Shown here in pieces: positions 8,976 through 18,514 of a stretch of 64,000 bases of DNA; positions within the stretch are counted from its first letter, which is position 1, and each line of letters begins with the position of its first letter. The notes beneath the pieces were generated by a model. That model was not told the origin of the DNA. It made no database searches and worked only from the letters and a program-made list of their open reading frames with translations. The DNA lies in the sequence record PP400779. One strand, 5' to 3'. Source of the stretch: Escherichia phage JM17. Position numbers and translations under genes: made by a program.

Positions 8976-9938
8976 ATGATTACTATCAATTCCAAAGAAC
9001 ACATTCTAGAACAGAAATATCGTCCTTCTTCCATTGACGAATGTATTCTGCCTGCGTATGACCATGAAACATTCAAGTCTTTAGTATCTAAAGGAAAACT
9101 TCCTCATATTATTTTGCACTCTCCATCTCCTGGTACCGGTAAAACAACCGTAGCAAAAGCATTATGTAATGATATCAATGCCGAAATGATGTTCGTCAAC
9201 GGTTCTGATTGTAAGATTGATTTTGTGCGTGGTCCATTAACTGCATTCGCTCGTTCAGTCTCAATGGAAGGCAAGCCTAAAGTTATTGTTATTGATGAAT
9301 TTGACCGTAGTGGCCTCGCCGAATCACAACGGCACCTTCGTACATTCATGGAAGAATTCTCTAGTAACTGTTCTATTATTATTACTGCCAACAACATCGA
9401 TGGAATTATCGAACCGTTACGTAGTCGTTGTCGAGTTATCGAATTCGGACGTCCAACCGAAGAAGATAAAATCTCGATGATGAAGAAAATGATTCATCGT
9501 ATGGTTGAAATCTGTAAGAATGAAAATATCGAAATCGCGGATATGAAAGTTGTTGCAGCTCTGGTTAAAAAGAACTTCCCAGACTTTCGTCGTACAATTG
9601 GTCAATTAGACCAGTACTCGTCTAAAGGTGTTCTTGATGCGGGTATTTTGTCTATCGTAACTAATGACCGTGGCACAGTCTCTGATGTTATCGAAGCAAT
9701 GAAGAACAAAGATATCAAACAGCTTCGTGCATTAGCTCCAAAATATGCCGCTGATTATTCATGGTTCATCGATAAATTAGTTTCAGAATGTTATGACCAA
9801 GTTGCACCTGGTAAAAGTATTATTTCGCTTTACGAAATTGCAGGTGAAAATAATAAGTTTCATGGACTAGCTAGTAATATTGAATTACATGTTATGTATA
9901 TGCTTCTTCAACTGACTTGTGAATTGACTTGGAAATAA
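8976..9938 (+). CDS. 44: clamp-loader large subunit gp44 (AAA+)
   Basis: 320 aa; Walker [15 protein letters not shown] Walker B, SRC motif. Confidence 0.9.
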   Translation: MITINSKEHILEQKYRPSSIDECILPAYDHETFKSLVSKGKLPHIILHSPSPGTGKTTVAKALCNDINAEMMFVNGSDCKIDFVRGPLTAFARSVSMEGKPKVIVIDEFDRSGLAESQRHLRTFMEEFSSNCSIIITANNIDGIIEPLRSRCRVIEFGRPTEEDKISMMKKMIHRMVEICKNENIEIADMKVVAALVKKNFPDFRRTIGQLDQYSSKGVLDAGILSIVTNDRGTVSDVIEAMKNKDIKQLRALAPKYAADYSWFIDKLVSECYDQVAPGKSIISLYEIAGENNKFHGLASNIELHVMYMLLQLTCELTWK

Positions 9939-9939
9939 T

Positions 9940-10503
9940 ATGAACTTATTTGATGATGACGTCCAGCTTAACGAGCACCAAATTGCATGGAAGTCTAACG
10001 ACGCTGATGCGATTCAAAAATGTGCTGACATGTTTAAAGAAAAACCTGAGAATGAATTCTTTAAAATCATTAATGCTATTAATGAAAAGAAATCTATGTC
10101 AATTGCTCAGGTCGACTACTCAAAATTTATGGTTGAGAACTCATTATCCCAGTTCCCAGAATGTATGCCAGCCGTTTACATGATGAACTTAGTCGGTTCT
10201 GAATTAAGTGATGAAGCGCACTTCAACTATATGATGGCGGCAATTCCACGTGGTCGTCGATTCTCTAAATGGGCTAAACTAGTCGAAGACACTTCAGAGT
10301 TACTAGTTATCAAACTGTTGATGAAACATTACACAATCAACATGAATGATGCTACCGAGTATAAGCGGCTCCTTGAAAAAAATAACAAGTTGCCAATAGT
10401 CCTTAAAGAACTGAAGGCCATGGTCACTGATGAGTTTCTCAAAGAAGTTACAAAAAATGTGAAAGAACAAAAACAATTTAAAAAATTAGCATTGGAATGG
10501 TAA
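9940..10503 (+). CDS. 62: clamp-loader small subunit gp62
   Basis: 187 aa as in T4; starts 2 nt after gene 44. Confidence 0.8.
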   Translation: MNLFDDDVQLNEHQIAWKSNDADAIQKCADMFKEKPENEFFKIINAINEKKSMSIAQVDYSKFMVENSLSQFPECMPAVYMMNLVGSELSDEAHFNYMMAAIPRGRRFSKWAKLVEDTSELLVIKLLMKHYTINMNDATEYKRLLEKNNKLPIVLKELKAMVTDEFLKEVTKNVKEQKQFKKLALEW

Positions 10504-10505
10504 AA

Positions 10506-10874
10506 ATGATCGAAATTAAATTGAAGAACCCCGAAGATTTTCTGAAAGTCAAAGAGACTCTGACCCGTATGGGCATCGCTAATAACAAGGATAAAGTTCT
10601 TTATCAGTCCTGTCATATCCTCCAAAAGCAAGGTAAATATTACATCGTCCACTTTAAAGAAATGCTGCGTATGGACGGACGTCAGGTTGATATTGATGGT
10701 GAAGACTATCAGCGACGTGATTCGATTGCTCAGTTGCTTGAAGACTGGGGCTTGATTGTTATTGAAGACTCTGCTCGTGAAGATCTGTTTGGCCTGACTA
10801 ATAACTTCCGTGTTATCTCTTTTAAACAGAAAGATGACTGGACTTTGAAAGCAAAATATACAATTGGTAATTAA
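10506..10874 (+). CDS. regA: translational repressor RegA
   Basis: 122 aa from ATG 10506 (MIEIKLKNPEDFLKVKETLTRMGIANNKDKVLYQSCHILQK...) nearly identical to remembered T4 RegA. Confidence 0.85.
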   Translation: MIEIKLKNPEDFLKVKETLTRMGIANNKDKVLYQSCHILQKQGKYYIVHFKEMLRMDGRQVDIDGEDYQRRDSIAQLLEDWGLIVIEDSAREDLFGLTNNFRVISFKQKDDWTLKAKYTIGN

Positions 10875-10877
10875 AGC

Positions 10878-10897
10878 AATGGGACTTCGGTCCCATT
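10878..10897 (+). promoter_or_regulatory. UUCG-tetraloop hairpin between regA and gene 43
   Basis: aatgggac-ttcg-gtcccatt, no T-run; terminator or gene 43 translational-operator-like element. Confidence 0.4.
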
Positions 10898-10955
10898 TGG
10901 AGTATAATAAGTTCATCAACAAACAAAAGACAATAACTCGTCTAAAGGAAATTAA

Positions 10956-13667
10956 ATGAAAGAATTTTACTTAACGGTTGAACAGATTGGTGATTCAATT
11001 TTTGAACGTTACATCGATTCTAATGGCCGTGAACGTACTCGTGAAGTAGAATATAAACCATCACTGTTTGCTCATTGTCCAGAAAGTCAGGCTACGAAAT
11101 ATTTCGATATCTACGGTAAGCCGTGTACTCGTAAGTTGTTCGCTAATATGCGTGATGCCTCCCAATGGATTAAACGCATGGAAGATATCGGACTTGAAGC
11201 ACTTGGCATGGACGATTTCAAATTGGCGTATTTGTCTGACACTTATAACTATGAAATCAAATACGACCATACAAAAATTCGTGTGGCTAACTTCGACATC
11301 GAAGTAACATCTCCGGATGGGTTCCCTGAGCCATCACAAGCAAAACATCCGATTGATGCTATCACCCATTATGACTCAATTGACGACAGGTTCTACGTAT
11401 TTGATCTATTGAATTCTCCATATGGTAATGTAGAAGAATGGTCTATTGAAATCGCTGCTAAGCTTCAAGAACAAGGCGGTGATGAAGTTCCATCTGAAAT
11501 TATCGATAAAATCATTTATATGCCGTTCGATAACGAAAAAGAATTGTTGATGGAATATCTCAACTTCTGGCAACAGAAAACTCCTGTCATTTTGACTGGA
11601 TGGAACGTTGAGTCATTCGATATTCCATATGTGTATAACCGAATCAAGAATATTTTTGGCGAATCTACTGCGAAACGTTTATCACCACATCGTAAAACTC
11701 GTGTTAAAGTTATCGAAAACATGTATGGTTCTCGTGAAATCATTACATTGTTCGGTATCTCTGTTCTTGATTACATTGACCTTTACAAAAAATTCTCTTT
11801 TACCAATCAACCGTCGTATTCTCTGGATTACATTTCAGAATTTGAATTGAACGTTGGTAAACTGAAATATGATGGCCCTATTTCTAAGCTTCGTGAAAGC
11901 AATCACCAACGATATATTTCTTATAACATTATCGACGTGTATCGTGTATTGCAAATTGATGCTAAGCGTCAGTTCATCAACTTGAGCTTGGACATGGGTT
12001 ATTATGCTAAGATACAGATTCAATCTGTGTTTAGCCCAATTAAAACATGGGATGCTATTATTTTTAATAGCCTTAAAGAGCAGAACAAGGTGATTCCACA
12101 AGGTCGTTCTCACCCGGTTCAACCTTATCCCGGCGCTTTTGTTAAGGAACCTATTCCAAATCGATACAAATATGTAATGAGTTTCGACCTTACATCTCTG
12201 TATCCAAGTATTATTCGCCAAGTGAATATTAGCCCGGAAACAATAGCAGGAACGTTTAAAGTAGCTCCATTGCATGATTATATTAACGCAATCGCTGAAC
12301 GTCCTTCAGATGTGTACAGTTGCTCTCCTAACGGCATGATGTATTATAAAGACCGTGATGGTGTAGTTCCAACTGAAATCACTAAGGTCTTTAATCAACG
12401 TAAAGAACATAAAGGTTACATGCTTGCAGCTCAACGTAATGGTGAAATAATTAAAGAGGCATTGCATAATCCTAATCTTTCTGTTGACGAACCATTAGAT
12501 GTTGATTATCGTTTCGACTTCAGTGATGAGATTAAAGAAAAGATTAAAAAGTTGTCTGCTAAATCTCTTAATGAAATGTTGTTTAGAGCTCAACGTACTG
12601 AAGTTGCAGGTATGACCGCACAAATTAACCGTAAATTGCTCATCAACTCACTTTATGGTGCACTTGGAAACGTTTGGTTCCGTTATTATGATTTGCGTAA
12701 TGCTACTGCAATCACAACATTCGGGCAAATGGCTTTACAGTGGATTGAACGTAAAGTTAATGAATATCTGAATGAAGTTTGTGGTACAGAAGGTGAAGCT
12801 TTCGTTCTTTATGGTGATACGGACTCTATTTACGTATCTGCTGATAAAATTATCGATAAGGTTGGTGAATCTAAATTCCGTGATACTAACCATTGGGTAG
12901 ACTTCTTAGATAAGTTTGCACGTGAACGTATGGAACCTGCTATTGATAGAGGTTTCCGTGAAATGTGCGAATACATGAACAATAAACAACACTTAATGTT
13001 CATGGACCGAGAAGCTATCGCTGGGCCTCCGCTTGGTTCTAAAGGTATTGGCGGATTTTGGACTGGTAAGAAACGTTATGCATTAAACGTGTGGGATATG
13101 GAAGGTACTCGTTACGCTGAGCCTAAACTCAAAATCATGGGTCTAGAAACTCAGAAATCTTCGACCCCTAAAGCAGTACAGAAAGCTCTTAAAGAATGTA
13201 TTCGTCGTATGCTTCAAGAAGGTGAAGAATCATTACAAGAATATTTTAAAGAGTTTGAAAAAGAATTCCGTCAATTGAATTATATTAGCATCGCGTCGGT
13301 ATCTTCTGCGAATAACATTGCTAAATATGACGTCGGTGGATTCCCTGGTCCTAAATGCCCGTTCCATATTCGTGGAATTCTGACATATAACCGAGCTATC
13401 AAAGGTAATATCGATGCACCACAAGTTGTAGAAGGTGAAAAAGTATATGTTCTGCCTTTACGTGAAGGAAACCCATTCGGTGATAAATGTATCGCATGGC
13501 CTTCTGGTACTGAAATCACAGATTTAATTAAAGACGATGTACTTCATTGGATGGACTACACTGTTCTCCTTGAGAAGACATTTATTAAACCACTTGAAGG
13601 ATTCACATCAGCAGCGAAACTCGATTATGAGAAGAAAGCATCTCTGTTCGATATGTTCGATTTTTGA
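10956..13667 (+). CDS. 43: DNA polymerase gp43 (family B), RB69-type
   Basis: 903 aa; N-terminus MKEFYLTVEQIGDSIFERYIDSNGRERTREVEYKPSLFAHCPESQ and exo/pol motifs (FDIE, YGDTDS) match remembered RB69 gp43. Confidence 0.97.
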   Translation: MKEFYLTVEQIGDSIFERYIDSNGRERTREVEYKPSLFAHCPESQATKYFDIYGKPCTRKLFANMRDASQWIKRMEDIGLEALGMDDFKLAYLSDTYNYEIKYDHTKIRVANFDIEVTSPDGFPEPSQAKHPIDAITHYDSIDDRFYVFDLLNSPYGNVEEWSIEIAAKLQEQGGDEVPSEIIDKIIYMPFDNEKELLMEYLNFWQQKTPVILTGWNVESFDIPYVYNRIKNIFGESTAKRLSPHRKTRVKVIENMYGSREIITLFGISVLDYIDLYKKFSFTNQPSYSLDYISEFELNVGKLKYDGPISKLRESNHQRYISYNIIDVYRVLQIDAKRQFINLSLDMGYYAKIQIQSVFSPIKTWDAIIFNSLKEQNKVIPQGRSHPVQPYPGAFVKEPIPNRYKYVMSFDLTSLYPSIIRQVNISPETIAGTFKVAPLHDYINAIAERPSDVYSCSPNGMMYYKDRDGVVPTEITKVFNQRKEHKGYMLAAQRNGEIIKEALHNPNLSVDEPLDVDYRFDFSDEIKEKIKKLSAKSLNEMLFRAQRTEVAGMTAQINRKLLINSLYGALGNVWFRYYDLRNATAITTFGQMALQWIERKVNEYLNEVCGTEGEAFVLYGDTDSIYVSADKIIDKVGESKFRDTNHWVDFLDKFARERMEPAIDRGFREMCEYMNNKQHLMFMDREAIAGPPLGSKGIGGFWTGKKRYALNVWDMEGTRYAEPKLKIMGLETQKSSTPKAVQKALKECIRRMLQEGEESLQEYFKEFEKEFRQLNYISIASVSSANNIAKYDVGGFPGPKCPFHIRGILTYNRAIKGNIDAPQVVEGEKVYVLPLREGNPFGDKCIAWPSGTEITDLIKDDVLHWMDYTVLLEKTFIKPLEGFTSAAKLDYEKKASLFDMFDF

Positions 13668-13707
13668 TATAATGTCATGGACGGTAAACTAATTAAATGA
13701 GAGAAAT

Positions 13708-14343
13708 ATGAAAACTACTCCTATTACTATCGCTATTGACGCAATCATAAAACAAGCTTCTTCTTTGGCCGCTATGGCCAAAGTAATTAGTCAAAACCCT
13801 GCTCGTTATAATGCTATTCTAGAAACTCTTCGACGCCCTGGACTTAGTAATTATGAAAGCCGGGTAATTATTACAGGTGTTGGTAAGAATGCTAATATCG
13901 CAACTAAAGCTTCCGAGACATTTGCTTCACTAGGTATTCCTAGCATGTATTTGAACACTGGGCATTATTCTCACGGTGATGCAGGATTCATTGCGCCTAA
14001 TGATGTGTTGATTCATATTAGTCGTTCTGGTAAGACTGAAGAAATGATAGGTGTTGCTAAACATCTTCGTATGATTCGTCCTCAGGTTAAACAGATTCTG
14101 TTACATTGTAACCCAGACATTCCACAAGAATACGAAGCTCTTTTTGATTATACGTTCTGTACTGGCATCGCGGTAGAGGTTGATGAGAATTCTCTGGCTC
14201 CGACTATGTCCACTACATTGTTGTTAGCGCTTATCGATACGTTTGCTATCAACCTTTCGTCTGAACGTGGATTTACCTCTAATGATTTCCTTAAGTTCCA
14301 TCCAGGCGGTGCACTAGGTGCCATGTTACGAGGCGAACAATGA
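13708..14343 (+). CDS. SIS-domain sugar-phosphate isomerase (KdsD/GutQ-like; candidate D-arabinose-5-phosphate isomerase)
   Basis: 211 aa; VIITGVGKN...SLGIPSMYLN...HGD...HISRSGKTEE...FLKFHPGGALGAMLRG parallels KdsD SIS core; no CBS domains. Confidence 0.75.
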   Translation: MKTTPITIAIDAIIKQASSLAAMAKVISQNPARYNAILETLRRPGLSNYESRVIITGVGKNANIATKASETFASLGIPSMYLNTGHYSHGDAGFIAPNDVLIHISRSGKTEEMIGVAKHLRMIRPQVKQILLHCNPDIPQEYEALFDYTFCTGIAVEVDENSLAPTMSTTLLLALIDTFAINLSSERGFTSNDFLKFHPGGALGAMLRGEQ

Positions 14344-14483
14344 AAGCAATAACAATAGGACTTTTACTATTGATGCTTGTCATGACTATCTACTGGAGCT
14401 TAACGGCTCCGGTAATGATTCCAACACTTGTAATTGGATGGATTATGATTGGACTACAAGCAAAGTATGAATGCTTTAACTAG
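14340..14483 (+). CDS. small hydrophobic protein (47 aa, two predicted TM segments)
   Basis: ATG overlaps upstream stop (ATGA); below ORF-track cutoff; lies where T4 has imm. Confidence 0.3.
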   Translation: MKAITIGLLLLMLVMTIYWSLTAPVMIPTLVIGWIMIGLQAKYECFN

Positions 14484-14524
14484 AATAGTGTACAATACTC
14501 CTACTTACCAATGAGGACTTTAAC

Positions 14525-16210
14525 ATGAAAAAAGCTGTTATTCTTGGTGCTGGACTGGCAACTCGTTTGTATCCAATAACGCATCATATTCCTAAGGTGC
14601 TTGTTAACTATAAACAAGATACTATTCTGAGCAATTTGTATACAATTTATTCTGACCTTGGCGCAGATGAAATTATTGTAGTAGTTCATTCAAAATTTGC
14701 TGAAACTGTTCGAGCTTATTGTGAACAAGAAGGGTTCAATGTGACTATTCGTACAGTTGATGAAGCGTATGGTTCTGCTTATGCTCTTGCTAAATTACAC
14801 AAAGATTTAGACGGCCATAATGTAATTGTTAACTGGTGTGATATTATTCCTGATTTTGGTTCATGGTCTTGGAATGTTAACGCAATCTATGTTAAGGGTG
14901 ACGAATGTCGATATAATTTCGACGGTGAAAATATCACTAACGTAGGTTCAACAGGTGGTAATGTTGTAGGAATTTATCAGTTCAAAGACTGGGAATTCTA
15001 TATGGGTTCTACTGATGAGGAAATTCATGAATACTGCAAAGGACGTGATTTCGTAGAATTCCTTTACGGCAGCGCATTCAATAAATCAGAGCTTATGAAT
15101 CTAATTGATTTAGGTGATATGCCTAAACTTGAAAAAGCTCATGAAGTTCGTGAACTTAATCGTAGTTTTAATGCAGTTGAAATTGGTGAAGAAACTGTAA
15201 CTAAATTCGCATTAACCGAACAGGGTCGAGCTCTTCAGAAAGATGAGATTTCGTGGTATCTTAAAGTGAAATCAGATTCAGTTCCTCAGTTAGTTTCTGT
15301 TAATGAAAATAACTTTGAAATGGAACGCATTAAAGGTAAGCCTGCATTTGAATATATTAAATCCAAATCAAGTCTTGCTCGTCCACAAATTGTTGATGCA
15401 ATTTTAGATGCACTGAAATTCAGCACAGACACTTATTTTGTAAGTCCTGAAACTGTTCGTCGTGATTTCACTAAAGAATTCTATACGAAAGTTATTGATC
15501 GTTGTGAAAGCATTCAACCATTGATTGATTCATTTGGTAAAATCACACATGTGAACTACACTAAGATTGGACGTCTGAAGCCAATGCTGAAACAAGCTTT
15601 AGAACACCTCATTCGTTATCATAACCGTTCTCAGGGACAGTACTCTGTTATTCACGGTGACCCGAACTTCAGTAATACTATGATTACTGATAATGGCGAA
15701 GTCAAGTTTATCGACCCTCGTGGATATTTTGGTGAAACCAAGATTTACGGGCCAAAATTGTACGATGAAGCTAAAGTGCTTTACGCTGTTTCAGGTTATG
15801 ATGAATTCAATGCTAATCCGACTTGGGGACAGTTTACTATTGATGAAACAACTTGTAATGTGACTATTAACATCAATCCATTAGTTTACAAATATGGAAA
15901 GATGAGTTCGTTTAACGAGTATCATCATTTGGCAGTGGCAATTATCTGGATTGCATTAGGTGGTTATTTCAAGAATAATCCACTTAAAGCGGTAGCCGCA
16001 TATTATAAAGGTATGGAACTTCTGACTAAGCAATTACGTAACATGGGCCGTGTACTTCAGGACGGCTCTATTAGTTATGACGTAGCAGAACCTGTAACGG
16101 CTACTCTGATTACAAAAAATCCTGGTAAATGGGTACTAACTGATAAAGAAACTGGTGTTTCCTATCGTCCAATCGGTGGCGATATCACTCATCAATGGGA
16201 ACGAATTTGA
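14525..16210 (+). CDS. bifunctional sugar-1-phosphate nucleotidyltransferase / APH-fold sugar kinase
   Basis: 561 aa; N-term AVILGAGLATRLYPIT...PKVLV (NTP-transferase G-loop); C-term VIHGDPNFSN...FIDPRG (Brenner HGDxxxxN and DxxG kinase motifs). Confidence 0.7.
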   Translation: MKKAVILGAGLATRLYPITHHIPKVLVNYKQDTILSNLYTIYSDLGADEIIVVVHSKFAETVRAYCEQEGFNVTIRTVDEAYGSAYALAKLHKDLDGHNVIVNWCDIIPDFGSWSWNVNAIYVKGDECRYNFDGENITNVGSTGGNVVGIYQFKDWEFYMGSTDEEIHEYCKGRDFVEFLYGSAFNKSELMNLIDLGDMPKLEKAHEVRELNRSFNAVEIGEETVTKFALTEQGRALQKDEISWYLKVKSDSVPQLVSVNENNFEMERIKGKPAFEYIKSKSSLARPQIVDAILDALKFSTDTYFVSPETVRRDFTKEFYTKVIDRCESIQPLIDSFGKITHVNYTKIGRLKPMLKQALEHLIRYHNRSQGQYSVIHGDPNFSNTMITDNGEVKFIDPRGYFGETKIYGPKLYDEAKVLYAVSGYDEFNANPTWGQFTIDETTCNVTININPLVYKYGKMSSFNEYHHLAVAIIWIALGGYFKNNPLKAVAAYYKGMELLTKQLRNMGRVLQDGSISYDVAEPVTATLITKNPGKWVLTDKETGVSYRPIGGDITHQWERI

Positions 16211-16956
16211 TACATTATCTCTACAAAACTACTAATCTTATAAACGGTAAAGTTTATTTAGGAATGCACTCGGCTGAAGAAGCCGAGCCTTTAGATTTAT
16301 ATAAAGGTTCTGGTAAATTATATAAAAAGGCTGAAAGGAAATATGGGAAGGAAAATTTTCTTAAAGAAATCATTTCCTACCATAGCTCAAGAGAAGAATT
16401 AAAAATAGCTGAAAAGGCTCTAATAACATTAGACATAGTTAAAGACCCAAATTATTACAATCTTAAAACTGGTGGCGAAGGTGGTTCTGACGGGTTATCC
16501 CAAAGGTCCAAGGATAAAATTTCTAAGGCAAATAAAGGACGTTTAGTTGGTGATAAAAACCCAAGATGGGGTAAAACTTTGTCAGCTGAATCTATAGCTA
16601 GGGGTAAAGAAAAGCACAGGAGGTATGGTAAACCTGCATTACATGGTCTAAAGATTAATGTAGATGGCAAATATTATGAATCCTGTCGGGAAGCGGCTAA
16701 AGATTTAGGTATATCTTCTGCCACGATTCAAAAGAGAGTAAAATCGCCTAAATATCTTAATTATCGGTATCAGGACGAAAGCAAAAATGCTCACAAGTCT
16801 CAAAAATTTGTTAAAATAAACGAAAATTACTATGAATCTCTTAGGATAGCTGAAAAGAAAACGGGTATTCCTAGAAAGCGTATAGCTGATAATATTAAAA
16901 ATTCTATTGAAGGATATTGCTATGAAACCATTACATCTTTGCGTGGACGTCGATGA
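16195..16956 (+). CDS. GIY-YIG homing endonuclease (freestanding, seg-like)
   Basis: 253 aa; HYLYKTTNLINGKVYLGMH = GIY-YIG module; AT-rich codons; overlaps both flanking genes. Confidence 0.7.
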   Translation: MGTNLIHYLYKTTNLINGKVYLGMHSAEEAEPLDLYKGSGKLYKKAERKYGKENFLKEIISYHSSREELKIAEKALITLDIVKDPNYYNLKTGGEGGSDGLSQRSKDKISKANKGRLVGDKNPRWGKTLSAESIARGKEKHRRYGKPALHGLKINVDGKYYESCREAAKDLGISSATIQKRVKSPKYLNYRYQDESKNAHKSQKFVKINENYYESLRIAEKKTGIPRKRIADNIKNSIEGYCYETITSLRGRR

Positions 16957-17296
16957 TTGTATAACAGAGTGGAATAACAATCGTGATTACGTGAACTTCA
17001 AACCAGACGTCGAAATGGTGTCTGCCATTAATGCCCTGTATGATGCAGGGCATACAATAACGCTTTACACTGCTCGAGGTATGAAGTCAGTAGGTCCTGG
17101 TCGTATAGCAATTGACATTCTCCCAAGTCTGATTCAGAACTTGGCAAACATTGGCTTGAAGTACCATAATTTGCTAACACATAAACCAGTATATGATTGG
17201 ATTATCGACGACAAAGCTATGCGTCCTGACGAATTCAAAGCTCTTATGAATAAAGGCGAATTCGAAACATTTAAATCATATAAACCGAATCTATAA
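16922..17296 (+). CDS. HAD-like phosphatase (candidate sugar-phosphate phosphatase)
   Basis: 124 aa from ATG 16922; N-terminal hhhhDxDx motif-like LCVDVDDCIT; small size typical of capless HAD. Confidence 0.45.
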   Translation: MKPLHLCVDVDDCITEWNNNRDYVNFKPDVEMVSAINALYDAGHTITLYTARGMKSVGPGRIAIDILPSLIQNLANIGLKYHNLLTHKPVYDWIIDDKAMRPDEFKALMNKGEFETFKSYKPNL

Positions 17297-17353
17297 TAAT
17301 TTAAGTAAGACCTGCAAAAACCATCGCATCAATTAACGTGAGATGCAAAAAAA

Positions 17354-18514
17354 ATGAATACTTTTAAAATTGGAACGAATTTTGATTTAGCTCTTCTTGA
17401 TAAAATCGTAGAGCTCAATAAAACTTATCCTAATAGCTTGATAAACGAAGTATACGGCTCTACAAGAGAAATGGCTTTTGTAGCAGCCAGACCTGATTTT
17501 AGGCTTCCTGACGTTGACAAAAAGATGTTAGAAGATTACGTTAAACGTTGTAACGAATTAGGTATTTGCTTTAACTATACACTCAACACGATAAATCCTG
17601 GTTCAAAAAGAGAACTAGTTGAGTGGAAGAAGAAAGCTATTCAGGATTATGTTCAGTATCTTTGGTCAATAGGCGTATGGCGTATTACTATCGCTAACCC
17701 TGTTGTTATGGAAATTGTTCGTGAAGTCAATAAAGACATTGAGATTGAAGTTTCAACAATTCTACATGTCGATGCTGTAACTCAAATCAAATACTTGCAT
17801 GACCAGTATAATATCAAAAAGGTCTGCTGTGGAATTCATAAGAACCGTTCAGTTTCTTTCCTGAAGCGTGCAGCAGAGTTTTGCAATAAGAACAATATAA
17901 TATTTGAAGTTCTTGTAAATGAGTTCTGTTCTAATGCCGGTAAAGGGTATACAACACATTGTAGCTATCGTGACTCTTGCTATATTTTCCATAGTACTGA
18001 TGTTACAGCTGATGATGCTAAATCCTTAAACGGATATCCTATGCAGCACTGTATTAAAGCTCGTGATACAGACCCATTTAACTGGTTGAGAACTCGTTTT
18101 GTTCGTCCTCAAGATTTGAAACTTTATAATGATATTGGTATCACTCAATTCAAAGTTTCAGGACGTACAGGTAGCACAGACTACATTTTGAAAGTTCTTG
18201 AAGCATACGCTTCTGAAAAGTTTGAAGGTAATTTGTTAGAACTGTGGAAGCCTTTAGAGACTATTTTCACTCTTGAAAATGAGACCGAGTTTTCACATAC
18301 GGTAAATATTGAAACCTCTTTGTTAGATGGCTTTTTAGAAAAAAGGTGGTTCAGACATCCAGATTTCGATTGTGCTAATGAGATCTGCGGGACGACGTGT
18401 ACATATTGTGAAAGATATTATAAACGTCAGTTATCTAAAAATGGGTTAGCAGAAAACTCTATATCTATTATTGATATAACTAACTCTGATGACGCTTTGA
18501 GGTACCCGGAATGA
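17354..18514 (+). CDS. peptidase-U32-family-like protein (PrtC/RlhA/UbiU-like fold), function unknown
   Basis: 386 aa; IGTNFD...VYGS...CFNYTLNT...IEIEVSTILHV...FEVLVNEFCSNAGKGYTTHCSYRDSCYIFHS resembles U32 core incl. Cys cluster; extra CxxxCxxxCxxC near C-terminus. Confidence 0.45.
   Translation: MNTFKIGTNFDLALLDKIVELNKTYPNSLINEVYGSTREMAFVAARPDFRLPDVDKKMLEDYVKRCNELGICFNYTLNTINPGSKRELVEWKKKAIQDYVQYLWSIGVWRITIANPVVMEIVREVNKDIEIEVSTILHVDAVTQIKYLHDQYNIKKVCCGIHKNRSVSFLKRAAEFCNKNNIIFEVLVNEFCSNAGKGYTTHCSYRDSCYIFHSTDVTADDAKSLNGYPMQHCIKARDTDPFNWLRTRFVRPQDLKLYNDIGITQFKVSGRTGSTDYILKVLEAYASEKFEGNLLELWKPLETIFTLENETEFSHTVNIETSLLDGFLEKRWFRHPDFDCANEICGTTCTYCERYYKRQLSKNGLAENSISIIDITNSDDALRYPE

Noticed and set aside
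13708-14343. Immunity protein Imm at the T4 imm position
   Set aside because: The ORF is a soluble 211-aa SIS-domain protein, not a small two-TM membrane protein; only the 47-aa hydrophobic ORF at 14340-14483 is Imm-like, and weakly.
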